DNA from: Candidatus Heimdallarchaeota archaeon
GTDB lineage: Archaea > Asgardarchaeota > Heimdallarchaeia > Hodarchaeales > Hodarchaeaceae
Reading direction: 5' to 3'
Length of the DNA: 64,000 nucleotides
Assembly: GCA_048881705.1 (NCBI GenBank)
Contig: JBHLSH010000002.1
Span: 122,487 to 186,486 of the forward strand
The translations under genes and the position numbers were made by a program. Of this stretch, positions 29,108-38,352 are shown one piece after another; the first letter of the stretch is position 1, and the number at the start of each line of letters is the position of its first letter. The notes below the pieces were generated by a model, which saw only the letters and a program-made list of their open reading frames with translations, did not search any database and had not been told where the DNA came from.

Positions 29108-30205
29108 TTAAATACTTTGATATGTCTGGAGGAGAGATTGGGCCAAATCTCCTGATAATAATGCCAAATTTGCAATATCAAATCTTGAAAGAAAAGAATA
29201 AATGTATTCAAGCAAATCAGTCTCTCCTAGGTCAATCTGCATCAGATATTGTTCAAGTTGTGGAAGAATTGAAATCGGGATATTCCCCGATTCATCGATG
29301 ATGCGAATTTCAGTTAGAACTGAACCTTGAATCCCGCATTGTATACGGAACAGCCCACTAGATGTATGAAAACTCCTCTGCACTACAAATGCATCTGAAT
29401 GTATTTTTACTTTCCATATAGAAGTTTCGGCTTGGCTTTTTTTGCGGGGAACCCAATCTCTATTCAGGGGCGTCTTTTGTAGCTTGTACATCAAAGCAAG
29501 GGTCTCAGGTTGAAGATTTTTTGGTGTCAGCTGAATATTTAGCTGCGATTCAAAGTATTCCACGAATGTCTGTAATAGTTCATCGCGAGGGGGAATAAAT
29601 CCGATCTGATTTCGGACGCTGGTGATTCCGGATTCCATTAATCTGCGTACTGTTCCACGAAGGTTCTCATTTGGAACTTTTAGAATCCTAGCCATTTCCT
29701 CGTATGGGAATTCTAGGAGGATATTTCCAACAAGGGTTTGAGCTTCTTCGTAGAGACCCGCTGCATTTCCAGAGATTTTGCGTCCATTAACTCGAATTTC
29801 ATTAGCTGGATAATAAACAGCATTAATCCCATAGTGCTGGCACGTTTTAACGGCAGGGCCAAGTAACTTGGCATAAAAACTTTGAACATGTCGAGGTACA
29901 CTGTTGGAATTGATGTGAGTAATCACATGATAAAAAAACTGGTTGGAGTCCAGATAGACGGTACCACCCCCACATGCACGTTGGTACACAGGAAGATTCC
30001 TGGATCCACAGTACTCGATGTCCACCACTTGATCTATGATCTGATTAAAACCGCAGGATACAAACGGATGTTTTGGCCAATCAATGATCAAGATATCGTT
30101 TTCTTGAATTCCCCGACTCCGAGCTAAGGCCGCAGCATGCCAAATCGTTTGCGTATCAATACCGTCACATGCACCGTAAAGAATCAAATCCCACTGCAGA
30201 ACCAT
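29108..30205 (-). CDS. lplA: Lipoate-protein ligase A family protein
   Basis: QRACGGGTVYLD, NEIRVNGRKISGNA, GNILL, plus a C-terminal LplA accessory domain. Confidence 0.88.
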   Translation of the reverse strand: MVLQWDLILYGACDGIDTQTIWHAAALARSRGIQENDILIIDWPKHPFVSCGFNQIIDQVVDIEYCGSRNLPVYQRACGGGTVYLDSNQFFYHVITHINSNSVPRHVQSFYAKLLGPAVKTCQHYGINAVYYPANEIRVNGRKISGNAAGLYEEAQTLVGNILLEFPYEEMARILKVPNENLRGTVRRLMESGITSVRNQIGFIPPRDELLQTFVEYFESQLNIQLTPKNLQPETLALMYKLQKTPLNRDWVPRKKSQAETSIWKVKIHSDAFVVQRSFHTSSGLFRIQCGIQGSVLTEIRIIDESGNIPISILPQLEQYLMQIDLGETDLLEYIYSFLSRFDIANLALLSGDLAQSLLQTYQSI

Positions 30206-30256
30206 TGGCTATGCGCAACTCAATTATCGTTTAAAATATTCGGATTTTCGAAGGAA

Positions 30257-31183
30257 ATGCCCCGTATTCTTTTTTTGTCTGGAGGAACAGGAACCCCAAA
30301 ACTTCTCCAAGGGGCAATCCGCGTTCTTTCCCTGCAAGACATTGCGATAATTGGCAACACTGGTGACGATTGGAATTTTTACGGTTTACATGTTTCACCT
30401 GATATTGACAGCGTTTTGTTAACATTATCAGATCTAATTGACACTGCAAAATGGTGGGGGATAGATGGAGACAGTTTTAATCTTATTGAATTCCTTCGTA
30501 CCCACCTTCATGAGGATGTTTGGTTCAACCTTGGCGACTTTGATGCAGGTCTCTGTTTGTATCGAACCCATCTCCTTAAACAAGGAAATAACCTGACCCA
30601 GGCGACGGATATTATTCGAAAACGATTAAAGATCAAAGCTTCTATTTTACCGATGGCAGATCAACAAATTCAAACCCAAATTAAGACTCCCTCAGGAACG
30701 ATGCATCTACAAGAATTTTGGGTAAAACATCGGGGAAATATTGAAGTTCAGGACGTTTACTTTGACGGGGATCTTTCTATCACGACTTCTGCCGTCACAG
30801 AGGCCATCAAGAAGGCAGAAATAGTGGTTTTTGGGCCGAGTAATCCTGTTTCTTCATTGGGACCAATTCTTGCCATTCATCCGCTTCGAGAGGCTTTGCG
30901 AAAAACCACGGCATTTAGGTTGGCAATCAGTCCCATAATCGGTGAACATCCTGTTTCAGGACCTACAAGTGCTTTTTTAAAGGCATGGAACATTCCTACC
31001 TCTCCTATGGCAATTATATCCCTTTTTGGTCACGTACTAGATGGTTACATGATTCACACTTCGGATGAGCGCTTTAGCGAACGCATCCTGCATCAAAATA
31101 TTACCCCCATTCTAGATAACATCTTGATTCACTCTAGCGCAGACGCGGAACGTCTGATGCAGAGAATTTTAGATTTCAGGTGA
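30257..31183 (+). CDS. cofD: 2-phospho-L-lactate transferase (F420 biosynthesis)
   Basis: LSGGTGTPKLL, GNTGDD, VSPDIDSV, WWGIDGD.F, GDFD, GPSNPVSS.GPIL, SPIIG...SGP. ATG 30257 is preferred over the track start 30137, which overlaps lplA. Confidence 0.93.
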   Translation: MPRILFLSGGTGTPKLLQGAIRVLSLQDIAIIGNTGDDWNFYGLHVSPDIDSVLLTLSDLIDTAKWWGIDGDSFNLIEFLRTHLHEDVWFNLGDFDAGLCLYRTHLLKQGNNLTQATDIIRKRLKIKASILPMADQQIQTQIKTPSGTMHLQEFWVKHRGNIEVQDVYFDGDLSITTSAVTEAIKKAEIVVFGPSNPVSSLGPILAIHPLREALRKTTAFRLAISPIIGEHPVSGPTSAFLKAWNIPTSPMAIISLFGHVLDGYMIHTSDERFSERILHQNITPILDNILIHSSADAERLMQRILDFR

Positions 31184-31207
31184 TTCATTATATCCAAGAA
31201 TCGTAGT

Positions 31208-31942
31208 ATGCTTGCGGCTATGGGTGGAATAACGGATCCATCTTTTGCTTCCACTTGTTTAAATGAAGGAGCAGGAATGGTAGCAATTGGAGGATATCCT
31301 ATTGGAACCGAAATGATAGGGTCCTGCTACCAAATGATTGGTAGAGGACGAAGAGAATTCGTTCTACCTATTGGAGAAGAAGCCAATAAGATCAACGATC
31401 TGTTCCAATTATTCAAGAAAAATGTTGATTTAACCTCTGTGATGGTTAATCTTAGGTTTAATGATCCTTCCTATGCCCAAAGCTTTGTTAAAGATTTTTC
31501 AAATCTGATGGGGGAACGCCCCGTAATTGAAATCAATGCACACTGCCGTCAACCTGAGGTAACGAATTGCGGTGGGGGACAGGCACTTCTACACCGAAAA
31601 GAAGTACTTAAGAGGATCATCGGGGTGTTTCATGCAAAAGATTTTCCCATCTCACTGAAATTTAGGGGCAACGCCATTCCTTCAAGGGAATTTATACCAA
31701 CAGTCATTCAACTCCCACTCGAATTTCTCCACATAGATTCGTATCGTATTGGTGAGGCAGGTACTGATCTCGAGTTATTAAGGTTCTATGCTCAATCCAT
31801 TACAGCCTCCCTTATTGGAAATAACTCGATTATTGATCGCGCAAGTGCAGAGGCAGTTTTAGAGGCAGGTGCGTCGTATTTTTCGCTGGCTCGCGCAGCA
31901 GAGAAGAATCCATCGATTTTTCAAACTTTGAAAAACATATAG
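31208..31942 (+). CDS. DUS-like FMN TIM-barrel protein, MJ0144 family
   Basis: LAAMGGITD, EINAHCRQPE, SLKFR, LHID, IGNNSI.D...A..VL.AGA...S.ARA. Confidence 0.85.
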   Translation: MLAAMGGITDPSFASTCLNEGAGMVAIGGYPIGTEMIGSCYQMIGRGRREFVLPIGEEANKINDLFQLFKKNVDLTSVMVNLRFNDPSYAQSFVKDFSNLMGERPVIEINAHCRQPEVTNCGGGQALLHRKEVLKRIIGVFHAKDFPISLKFRGNAIPSREFIPTVIQLPLEFLHIDSYRIGEAGTDLELLRFYAQSITASLIGNNSIIDRASAEAVLEAGASYFSLARAAEKNPSIFQTLKNI

Positions 31943-31965
31943 CACTACTTTATGCTCGCGTCATC

Positions 31966-32649
31966 TTGAAGATGACTAGATTAGATGGATCTCAGGTTCT
32001 GGTTCTCATACCAATCAAGGATTTTTCAGATTCGAAAACCAGGCTGAGAGCAGCTTTTCCAATCCATGAAGAGAAGCTAATCGAGCGGCTAGTAGAGGTA
32101 TCCTTCAGTCATCTCATTGGAATCTTATCTTCTCTATCATTATTGTTCGGTGTTATTTCCCCGTCACCACGAATCCTTGATCAATGTAAAAATTTAGGGG
32201 GGGCATTTGTGTACAGAGACACTGGTGAGAATTTGAATCGCGCCCTTTTTCAGGCGGTTCAAACAATACCTGAGAAGCAGCCAATCTTGATTATCATGCC
32301 GGATCTTCCCTTTATAACCAGAGAATTCATAAAAACTTTAATTAAAGAGATTAAAACTGAAAATGCCGCCATTGTGCCATCTATTTCGATGGATGATTCC
32401 AATGGAACCGCTATCCTGTACCTAAAAGATCCATGTTTGTTATCATTTCAATTCGGTGAAAAGAGCTATTTGAAACATTTGGAGGCGGCTAGAAAAATTA
32501 ATCTCGACCTACGTGTTTTGAGGTATGATCCCTTTGCTCGTGACTTGGATACTGTCAATGATATAAGATTTTTACGACAGAACCTTCATTTGATTCATGA
32601 TCCAAGGCAATATCTTGATGTTTTGTCGAATTTATCAATCGTTATCTGA
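31966..32649 (+). CDS. cofC: 2-phospho-L-lactate/PEP guanylyltransferase (F420 biosynthesis)
   Basis: IPIKDFSDSKTRL, LNRAL, IMPDLP, GTAIL, FQFG..SY..H, DLDT.ND. Confidence 0.88.
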   Translation: MKMTRLDGSQVLVLIPIKDFSDSKTRLRAAFPIHEEKLIERLVEVSFSHLIGILSSLSLLFGVISPSPRILDQCKNLGGAFVYRDTGENLNRALFQAVQTIPEKQPILIIMPDLPFITREFIKTLIKEIKTENAAIVPSISMDDSNGTAILYLKDPCLLSFQFGEKSYLKHLEAARKINLDLRVLRYDPFARDLDTVNDIRFLRQNLHLIHDPRQYLDVLSNLSIVI

Positions 32650-32973
32650 TTCTTTCTCACGTACCAGCTTTTCATGATCCTGTTGGATATCAAATGATGA
32701 GAAACGAACCATCTTCAACTCGTCTTCTTTAACCTCCGAATATAAGGAGAAGTCAATATCTCTCAAGAACTTAACACAAAATGATTCTAGTTCAACAACC
32801 ATTCCAAGTACTACCTCTGATGAGAATCCTCTAACTAGCCAGTCTCCAAAAGACAAAACATCGGATCCCTCAAGCGATACCACAACAGGTGATCTTTCCA
32901 CAACCTCTAGCTTGCCAGAACTAACCTCAGGAATACAATTAATCCCTAGCGTGTCAGTGCTAGTGGTAATCAT
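32635..32973 (-). CDS. Small hypothetical protein
   Basis: 112-aa ORF filling the gap between cofC and manC; no motif recognised. Confidence 0.4.
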   Translation of the reverse strand: MITTSTDTLGINCIPEVSSGKLEVVERSPVVVSLEGSDVLSFGDWLVRGFSSEVVLGMVVELESFCVKFLRDIDFSLYSEVKEDELKMVRFSSFDIQQDHEKLVREKESDND

Positions 32974-33124
32974 TCTTTTGTTAAAGAGAAGAAATAGATG
33001 AATCCCGCCAAAAATAGATACTGGATAAAGTATTAACGAATTTTCTCTCTTTGGCTATTTAAGTCTCTCAACGTTTTTGAGATTTAAAAGGTTATACCAA
33101 TTCGTTTTTGATGAGGTTTGATTT

Positions 33125-34183
33125 GTGGTATTCATTGTTATATTGGCTGGTGGAGGTGGAGAACGTCTCTGGCCTCTTTCCAGGAAGAATCGTCCAAAGC
33201 AATGCATTTCCTTGGATGGCCATCAGACATTAATCCAACGAACGTACCAAATTGCGGTAGAAATTGTAGGAAGCAGCAATGTCTTTGTATCAACTCGTGA
33301 TGCCCTCGTTCCCATAATAAGTAAACAACTGCCAGATGCACAGCTAATAATTGAGCCTCTAGCTCGTGACTCCGCGGCAGCCATAGGATATGTTTGTACA
33401 CGATTGATACATACAAATGATGAAGATACTACCGTTTTTATGGGTGCTGACTATCATATTCCAGATGTCACGCACTTTAAGGATGTAATTTCGGCAGCAG
33501 ATGAGTTTGCGCGGCAAGACAAGATCGTTACAATAGGCATCAAACCAACACGGGTTGAAACTCGCTTTGGTTATATCAATCCTGGTTCATTACTGTCCTC
33601 AGGATCTATTCATGTTTTTGATGCAGTAGGATTCACAGAAAAGCCAAGTGAAATGTTAGCACGAGAATATATAGCCCATGGTTATCTATGGAATTCGGGG
33701 ATGTTCATCGCGAAACCCCAGGTCTTGTATCGTAAAATTCAGCAATATATGCCTAATTTATATTCCGCATTGGAGCAGATCAGAGCAGCGGAATTCGATA
33801 AAAAGATCGCAACGGAAATATTTATGCCATTAGCCAAAATTTCCATCGATTATGGAGTAATAGAGAAGACAAATGATCTGGTTGTTGTTCGAGGCGACTT
33901 CATATGGGATGATATTGGTACATGGGATTCTTTAGGCAGAATAATTAGCCCAGATAAAAATGGAAACATCGTAAAGGGTGAATTCTTGGGGATTGATGTA
34001 AGGAATAGTGTTATCTTTGGAGAAAAACCAATTGTTGCGTTTGGTATCTCCGATATAGTTCTTATCGAAACTGATGATTGTATATTTATGTGTCCCAAAG
34101 ATAAGGCTCGTGACATAAAAGTGGTTTTTGAAAGTCTTGCTGGTACCACCAAATTCCAAAGTTTGCTTAATTACCCCGACTAG
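33125..34183 (+). CDS. manC: Mannose-1-phosphate guanylyltransferase
   Basis: ILAGGGGERLWPLSR..PKQ, EP..RDSA.AI, GADYHI, GY, FTEKP, WNSGMF, SIDYGVIEK, WDDIGTW. Confidence 0.93.
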   Translation: MVFIVILAGGGGERLWPLSRKNRPKQCISLDGHQTLIQRTYQIAVEIVGSSNVFVSTRDALVPIISKQLPDAQLIIEPLARDSAAAIGYVCTRLIHTNDEDTTVFMGADYHIPDVTHFKDVISAADEFARQDKIVTIGIKPTRVETRFGYINPGSLLSSGSIHVFDAVGFTEKPSEMLAREYIAHGYLWNSGMFIAKPQVLYRKIQQYMPNLYSALEQIRAAEFDKKIATEIFMPLAKISIDYGVIEKTNDLVVVRGDFIWDDIGTWDSLGRIISPDKNGNIVKGEFLGIDVRNSVIFGEKPIVAFGISDIVLIETDDCIFMCPKDKARDIKVVFESLAGTTKFQSLLNYPD

Positions 34184-34198
34184 CGCTATGTTAAAGTT

Positions 34199-35164
34199 TT
34201 AAACCTGAACCGTATTCCTCATGATTGATTCAGACGATTCATCTTCTTGAGTAATTGAAAAAAATACGTCTGGTTTTCCGAGACAGTATACGTGAATCCA
34301 CGCGACCCTATTATCTCGTAACGTCCAATATGATTCCGATGCAATTTGAAGAGCGATTTTAAATTGTTCTTTCTTCGATGATTTACGTTTTAAACGGAAT
34401 ACAATTTCATCAGGAAGGGGAACCCCGATTAAATCTGCGATGGTGAAAGTGGGAGGGATTATACCCACACCAATAGGGACATCCGCCTTAATTTCATCGA
34501 AAAAGCTCAATGCTTGGTTAGGATCAAATATTGCCTGGGTAATAAAGTAATCAGCTCCCAGTGACAGCCGTTTTTGGAATAGGTCCATCTGACGATTTCG
34601 GATGCTAGTTCTCTGGTCTCCTTTCTTGTGGAATTGGTTCGGATCAATGACACTTCCCACATAAAACTCTGCGTCATCTATTGGATCTGCATTAGTTTCA
34701 GCTAAACCGTGACTCATACTTGAATGGGTTTTATAGAACCGGGGATCAGTCACACCTTTAATGAAAGCCAGAACATCCAGCGAGTTTTTGAAAAATCGGG
34801 GACTTATCGGACCACGGGGATCTCCCAATACAGGCAGTAGATGCTCTATCCCTAGCCGTCTAGCATCAAGTAATTCGTTGTAAGTATCATGGATGGAAAG
34901 GCGGGTAGTCAGGTGAAGAACTGGAAAGGTGCTGCTGGCCAGTCTTGAATCACGTAATACTGAAAGAATCAACTTCATTGTTGATATCGAGGACATCCGA
35001 AAAGTTGGCCGATTGGTAACCGAGATCAAGTCAATAAATGGGCCCATGTGTTGTATTGCTGTTGTAAATCCCATGATCTCCTGCTGCTCTAGTGATCGAG
35101 AATGAATCTGAGGCGGCTCTACCTCGATGCTTAGCTTGGGAGAGAATGGTTCGTCACTGGGCAT
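34199..35164 (-). CDS. metF: Methylenetetrahydrofolate reductase family protein
   Basis: SIEVEPP, ISVT, HLT, VLGDP, GADYFITQAIFD, GIIP. Confidence 0.85.
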   Translation of the reverse strand: MPSDEPFSPKLSIEVEPPQIHSRSLEQQEIMGFTTAIQHMGPFIDLISVTNRPTFRMSSISTMKLILSVLRDSRLASSTFPVLHLTTRLSIHDTYNELLDARRLGIEHLLPVLGDPRGPISPRFFKNSLDVLAFIKGVTDPRFYKTHSSMSHGLAETNADPIDDAEFYVGSVIDPNQFHKKGDQRTSIRNRQMDLFQKRLSLGADYFITQAIFDPNQALSFFDEIKADVPIGVGIIPPTFTIADLIGVPLPDEIVFRLKRKSSKKEQFKIALQIASESYWTLRDNRVAWIHVYCLGKPDVFFSITQEDESSESIMRNTVQV

Positions 35165-35177
35165 AAAAGTTCATCCA

Positions 35178-36446
35178 TTAGATAATGTTAGAGTCAGGGA
35201 GATCTAATTCGGTTTGTAAAACCGTTCTCGCCTCCTTTGTTCCTCTACACATCGCTGAAAGCATCATATGGAGATTTGCAAGATTATTCACAGGACGTAA
35301 TCCACAATCAGGAGCTGACATGACCAAGAATGGACCATCTTCGCCCAATTGGTCATAAAGAGCGCGAACTTGGTATAACAACCGATCTCTGGTAAGCTCG
35401 CTGATCTGTCGTAGAGCGGCTCCATTTTGAATGTCTTCTTTGGTGTAATGTCGGTCTGCGTGAACTTCGAGAATGCCTAATGCATATTTACAGCGACTTC
35501 CCTGGTTAAAAGCTTCAACAACGCTTTGGACACCCTTCTTAAACGAAGGCCGCTCTTTGGAAGTCGTCCCATTTATCTTAAGATCCCGGTTTGCATATTC
35601 CAAACTCGCATAGTCCCAGGGAAGCTTCGGGATGTCGGAAAACAGAACATCATATGAATCTGAAAAGCATGTATGAAATCCAACTCGGGTGCCATGATCG
35701 CTCACCGTCCTCCGAATGCCTCTGAAAAACCGTTCATAGGCCTCAAGATAGATCTCCCTGTCACCTGGAATAGTTGTATAGGCAGGCTCGTCGGCAGTAA
35801 CATATCTCGCTCCCGCCTTTACGATCTCCTTTACTTCCGGTACAAATACATCGTCTACAAGGTCAAACAAGAATTGATAATCGTTCGAGGCTTTGATAGT
35901 CCAATTAAACGTTGTATAGGGGCCAGTAAAACAAAATCGAAGCGGCTGCTTTGCAACTGTTTTGGCAAACTCAAACTCATCCTTGTAAATTGAGTTCTTA
36001 CGTCTGACCTCTGTATCTTTGACTCGAACGCCAGGTTTATAGAAACGGTCATCAAAAGACCGAACATGCTCCTGTTCCAGGTAGATGCCGTTAATGTCTT
36101 TTGCCACATGCTCGTACATTTCACGGCGCCATGCTTCGCCAGTAAAGATGTAATCCAAACCTGTATTTTCCAAGAAACGTACATTAAAGCGTAGCCTAAG
36201 CTTCAATACTTCAAGTTCCCATTCAGGAAGGTCATCCTTGGAACTGGGTCTCCCCTGAAGTAATGAAATAGCCTCATCTGGATCCCCAAGGTTAAGAAGG
36301 GGCCACCAATACTGAAGTTCCTCAATATGTTCAGTGGGAATATCTCTTCCCTGCAAAGCAAAAATCGTCGCATTAAGTTTTCTCATGGAACCGACTTCGT
36401 GAGTCGGAATCAAGGTGTCAAATCTATCGTGTTTACTTAATGACAT
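35178..36446 (-). CDS. metE: Cobalamin-independent methionine synthase, catalytic (C-terminal-like) subunit
   Basis: THEVGS, TGEAWRREMYEH, FTGPYT, DEPA; Zn ligands HTC and PDCGLR. Confidence 0.9.
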   Translation of the reverse strand: MSLSKHDRFDTLIPTHEVGSMRKLNATIFALQGRDIPTEHIEELQYWWPLLNLGDPDEAISLLQGRPSSKDDLPEWELEVLKLRLRFNVRFLENTGLDYIFTGEAWRREMYEHVAKDINGIYLEQEHVRSFDDRFYKPGVRVKDTEVRRKNSIYKDEFEFAKTVAKQPLRFCFTGPYTTFNWTIKASNDYQFLFDLVDDVFVPEVKEIVKAGARYVTADEPAYTTIPGDREIYLEAYERFFRGIRRTVSDHGTRVGFHTCFSDSYDVLFSDIPKLPWDYASLEYANRDLKINGTTSKERPSFKKGVQSVVEAFNQGSRCKYALGILEVHADRHYTKEDIQNGAALRQISELTRDRLLYQVRALYDQLGEDGPFLVMSAPDCGLRPVNNLANLHMMLSAMCRGTKEARTVLQTELDLPDSNII

Positions 36447-36463
36447 CAGTGGTCCTCGATATT

Positions 36464-37525
36464 TTACACTTGTTCTTCTAATCGCTTAATCGTATGACCG
36501 AGGGCCTGGATTTTCAGGTCGGCCACCGATCGTGGGATAAACTCGAGTCGGGAAGTTGGTGCCAGAATAATCTGATCCGCCGTAGTCTCGGCCAGCATTT
36601 CGCCCGTCTCAACTAGGTCCTTAATCTCTTCCACAACAAGATTTCCGGAAGGGCTGCGGAAGTAGGCCTGTGCATCAACCACTCCAGCGATTAAGACCTT
36701 GCTATCAAAGTCATAATCAGCCAAAGACGCAACCTTATTTCGCACACAGTCTATACCTATTCCCCAGACCTTTGTATTTGCCAAAAGCTCCAACAGATGA
36801 GGTTCCAATGAATAGTAGGTATGTACCGCTAATCGCGGAGAGACTGCCTCGCCAAGGTTCGTCCAGTTTTCCTCTATAGCTTCAATAATCTCATTATCCA
36901 ATGATTCCCATACCAGTCCTCCCTCATCCAATATTATATGGGAAAACCCTTCAGCCGTAAGAACCTTGATTTCCTCTTTTAAAATCTCTGTAAAATCGTA
37001 CATCATTTCATTTTCTGACTTATAGGAAGTAGGGCTTTTCGTATCGATGTTAGCTGCGCGAGAAAACGTATATGGTCCAGGAAGACATATGCTCCAAGCG
37101 TTTTCTCTTAAGGAATCAGGTAGTAATTTAGTCTGGAGGATATTTCCTTCTAAAAACGGATGTTTCGTTGCTTTCAATATTGAAGTATCATGTTGAAACT
37201 TGGTATCGATTTGGGGTTGTCGATAAAAGGTATTGGTAAGGGGTATCCTTGCCACTGGCAGATTACTTGTTTTTTCACCGTTTTTTTGCCGTAGTAGTGC
37301 TTCTGTAAACGGACGAAAAATATCCCACCACCCGAGGTTTCCCGTCGATACTGCTTGAGGGTAGATATCTTTCATGATCGTGATGAGGTTTTCGATATCT
37401 TGTTTGAAGGCTTTCTGCACAATATTGGGAGAAGAGACTCGTCCATACTTGAAATCAAAGATATGCTTTATGAGGGACTCTGATAGGGGATGAATGCCTG
37501 TCAGGAGCGAGGTGTATCTGGTCAA
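36464..37525 (-). CDS. MetE N-terminal-like (non-catalytic) subunit of a split methionine synthase
   Basis: TG.HP, TNTFYRQP, LPGPYTF, LDEG, HTYY and GVVDA form the same barrel. The catalytic Cys residues are absent (HTY; PTSRLEFIP). Confidence 0.85.
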   Translation of the reverse strand: MTRYTSLLTGIHPLSESLIKHIFDFKYGRVSSPNIVQKAFKQDIENLITIMKDIYPQAVSTGNLGWWDIFRPFTEALLRQKNGEKTSNLPVARIPLTNTFYRQPQIDTKFQHDTSILKATKHPFLEGNILQTKLLPDSLRENAWSICLPGPYTFSRAANIDTKSPTSYKSENEMMYDFTEILKEEIKVLTAEGFSHIILDEGGLVWESLDNEIIEAIEENWTNLGEAVSPRLAVHTYYSLEPHLLELLANTKVWGIGIDCVRNKVASLADYDFDSKVLIAGVVDAQAYFRSPSGNLVVEEIKDLVETGEMLAETTADQIILAPTSRLEFIPRSVADLKIQALGHTIKRLEEQV

Positions 37526-37542
37526 TGCTGGTCAGATGAGGC

Positions 37543-37558
37543 AAACTAAGCTTAGTTT
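37543..37558. promoter_or_regulatory. Perfect 16-bp palindrome, candidate operator
   Basis: AAACTAAGCTTAGTTT, 17 nt upstream of the met operon start. Confidence 0.5.
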
Positions 37559-37596
37559 TCATATATTATTGAAACATTTATTCCTCAGCCCAAAAA

Positions 37597-37611
37597 ATTC
37601 CCTTAGGGAAT
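37597..37611. promoter_or_regulatory. 7-1-7 inverted repeat, candidate operator
   Basis: ATTCCCT-T-AGGGAAT in the same divergent intergenic region. Confidence 0.4.
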
Positions 37612-37691
37612 ACTCATTTGGTTGATCGTTTTGAAATATTTTTTAAGGAACAGTCAATTTCTCTATTACGACGGCCTGGTGGGATTAAAAC

Positions 37692-38264
37692 TTGACAACA
37701 CCCATTCTTCCTGACTTACTTGAATTACGCCGCTTACGCAAGATCATTGGCCTCACTCAAGATGAACTAGCTCATCGTGCAGGTGTCTCTCAGTCTATGA
37801 TAGCCAAAATGGAAACAGGTTCACTTAATCCATCTTATGAAGTGGTGAGACGAATTTATCAAGTTCTAGCTGTAGCTGAAGGCCAAAGCCAGACAAAAGC
37901 TTTTGAAATCATGTCCCCAGTGATTGCAGTCCGAGTGGATAATACAATTCAATCTGTTGTTGATTTAATGAAAAAAGACGGAATTTCACAGCTCCCTGTT
38001 TTTTCTCAGGAAAACAAAAATGTGGGTCGAATCACAGAACAGACCTTACTAGACATCTTACTAGAGGGCCGAAACCTGAAAGACATCGCAGACCAACCAG
38101 TAGAGAGCATCATGGAACCCATTTTCCCAGTTATCGGGTATGAAACTCCACTTCGGGCCATCACAGAACTTCTTCGTTTTTCTTCTGCCGTCTTGGTTTC
38201 ACAAAAAGACGGAAATATTTCGGGGATCATTACCAAAGCGGATTTGCTCAATACTTCTCGGTGA
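37692..38264 (+). CDS. XRE-type HTH transcriptional regulator with tandem CBS domains
   Basis: LRRLRKIIGLTQDELAHRAGVSQSMIAKMETG, then GISQLPV...VGRITE.. and SAVLV...GIITKADL. Confidence 0.92.
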   Translation: MTTPILPDLLELRRLRKIIGLTQDELAHRAGVSQSMIAKMETGSLNPSYEVVRRIYQVLAVAEGQSQTKAFEIMSPVIAVRVDNTIQSVVDLMKKDGISQLPVFSQENKNVGRITEQTLLDILLEGRNLKDIADQPVESIMEPIFPVIGYETPLRAITELLRFSSAVLVSQKDGNISGIITKADLLNTSR

Positions 38265-38352
38265 GCGCTGTGCGCAGGGATTTTATGGGGATTGGGATTT
38301 CCGAACCTAATCCTTCAGTATAAGTTTTGGCCATCAAATTCTTGACAGGCAC

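Noticed and set aside
29108-30205. lplA linked to the F420 operon as a joint system
   Set aside because: Divergent orientation and no known biochemical link; adjacency alone is insufficient.
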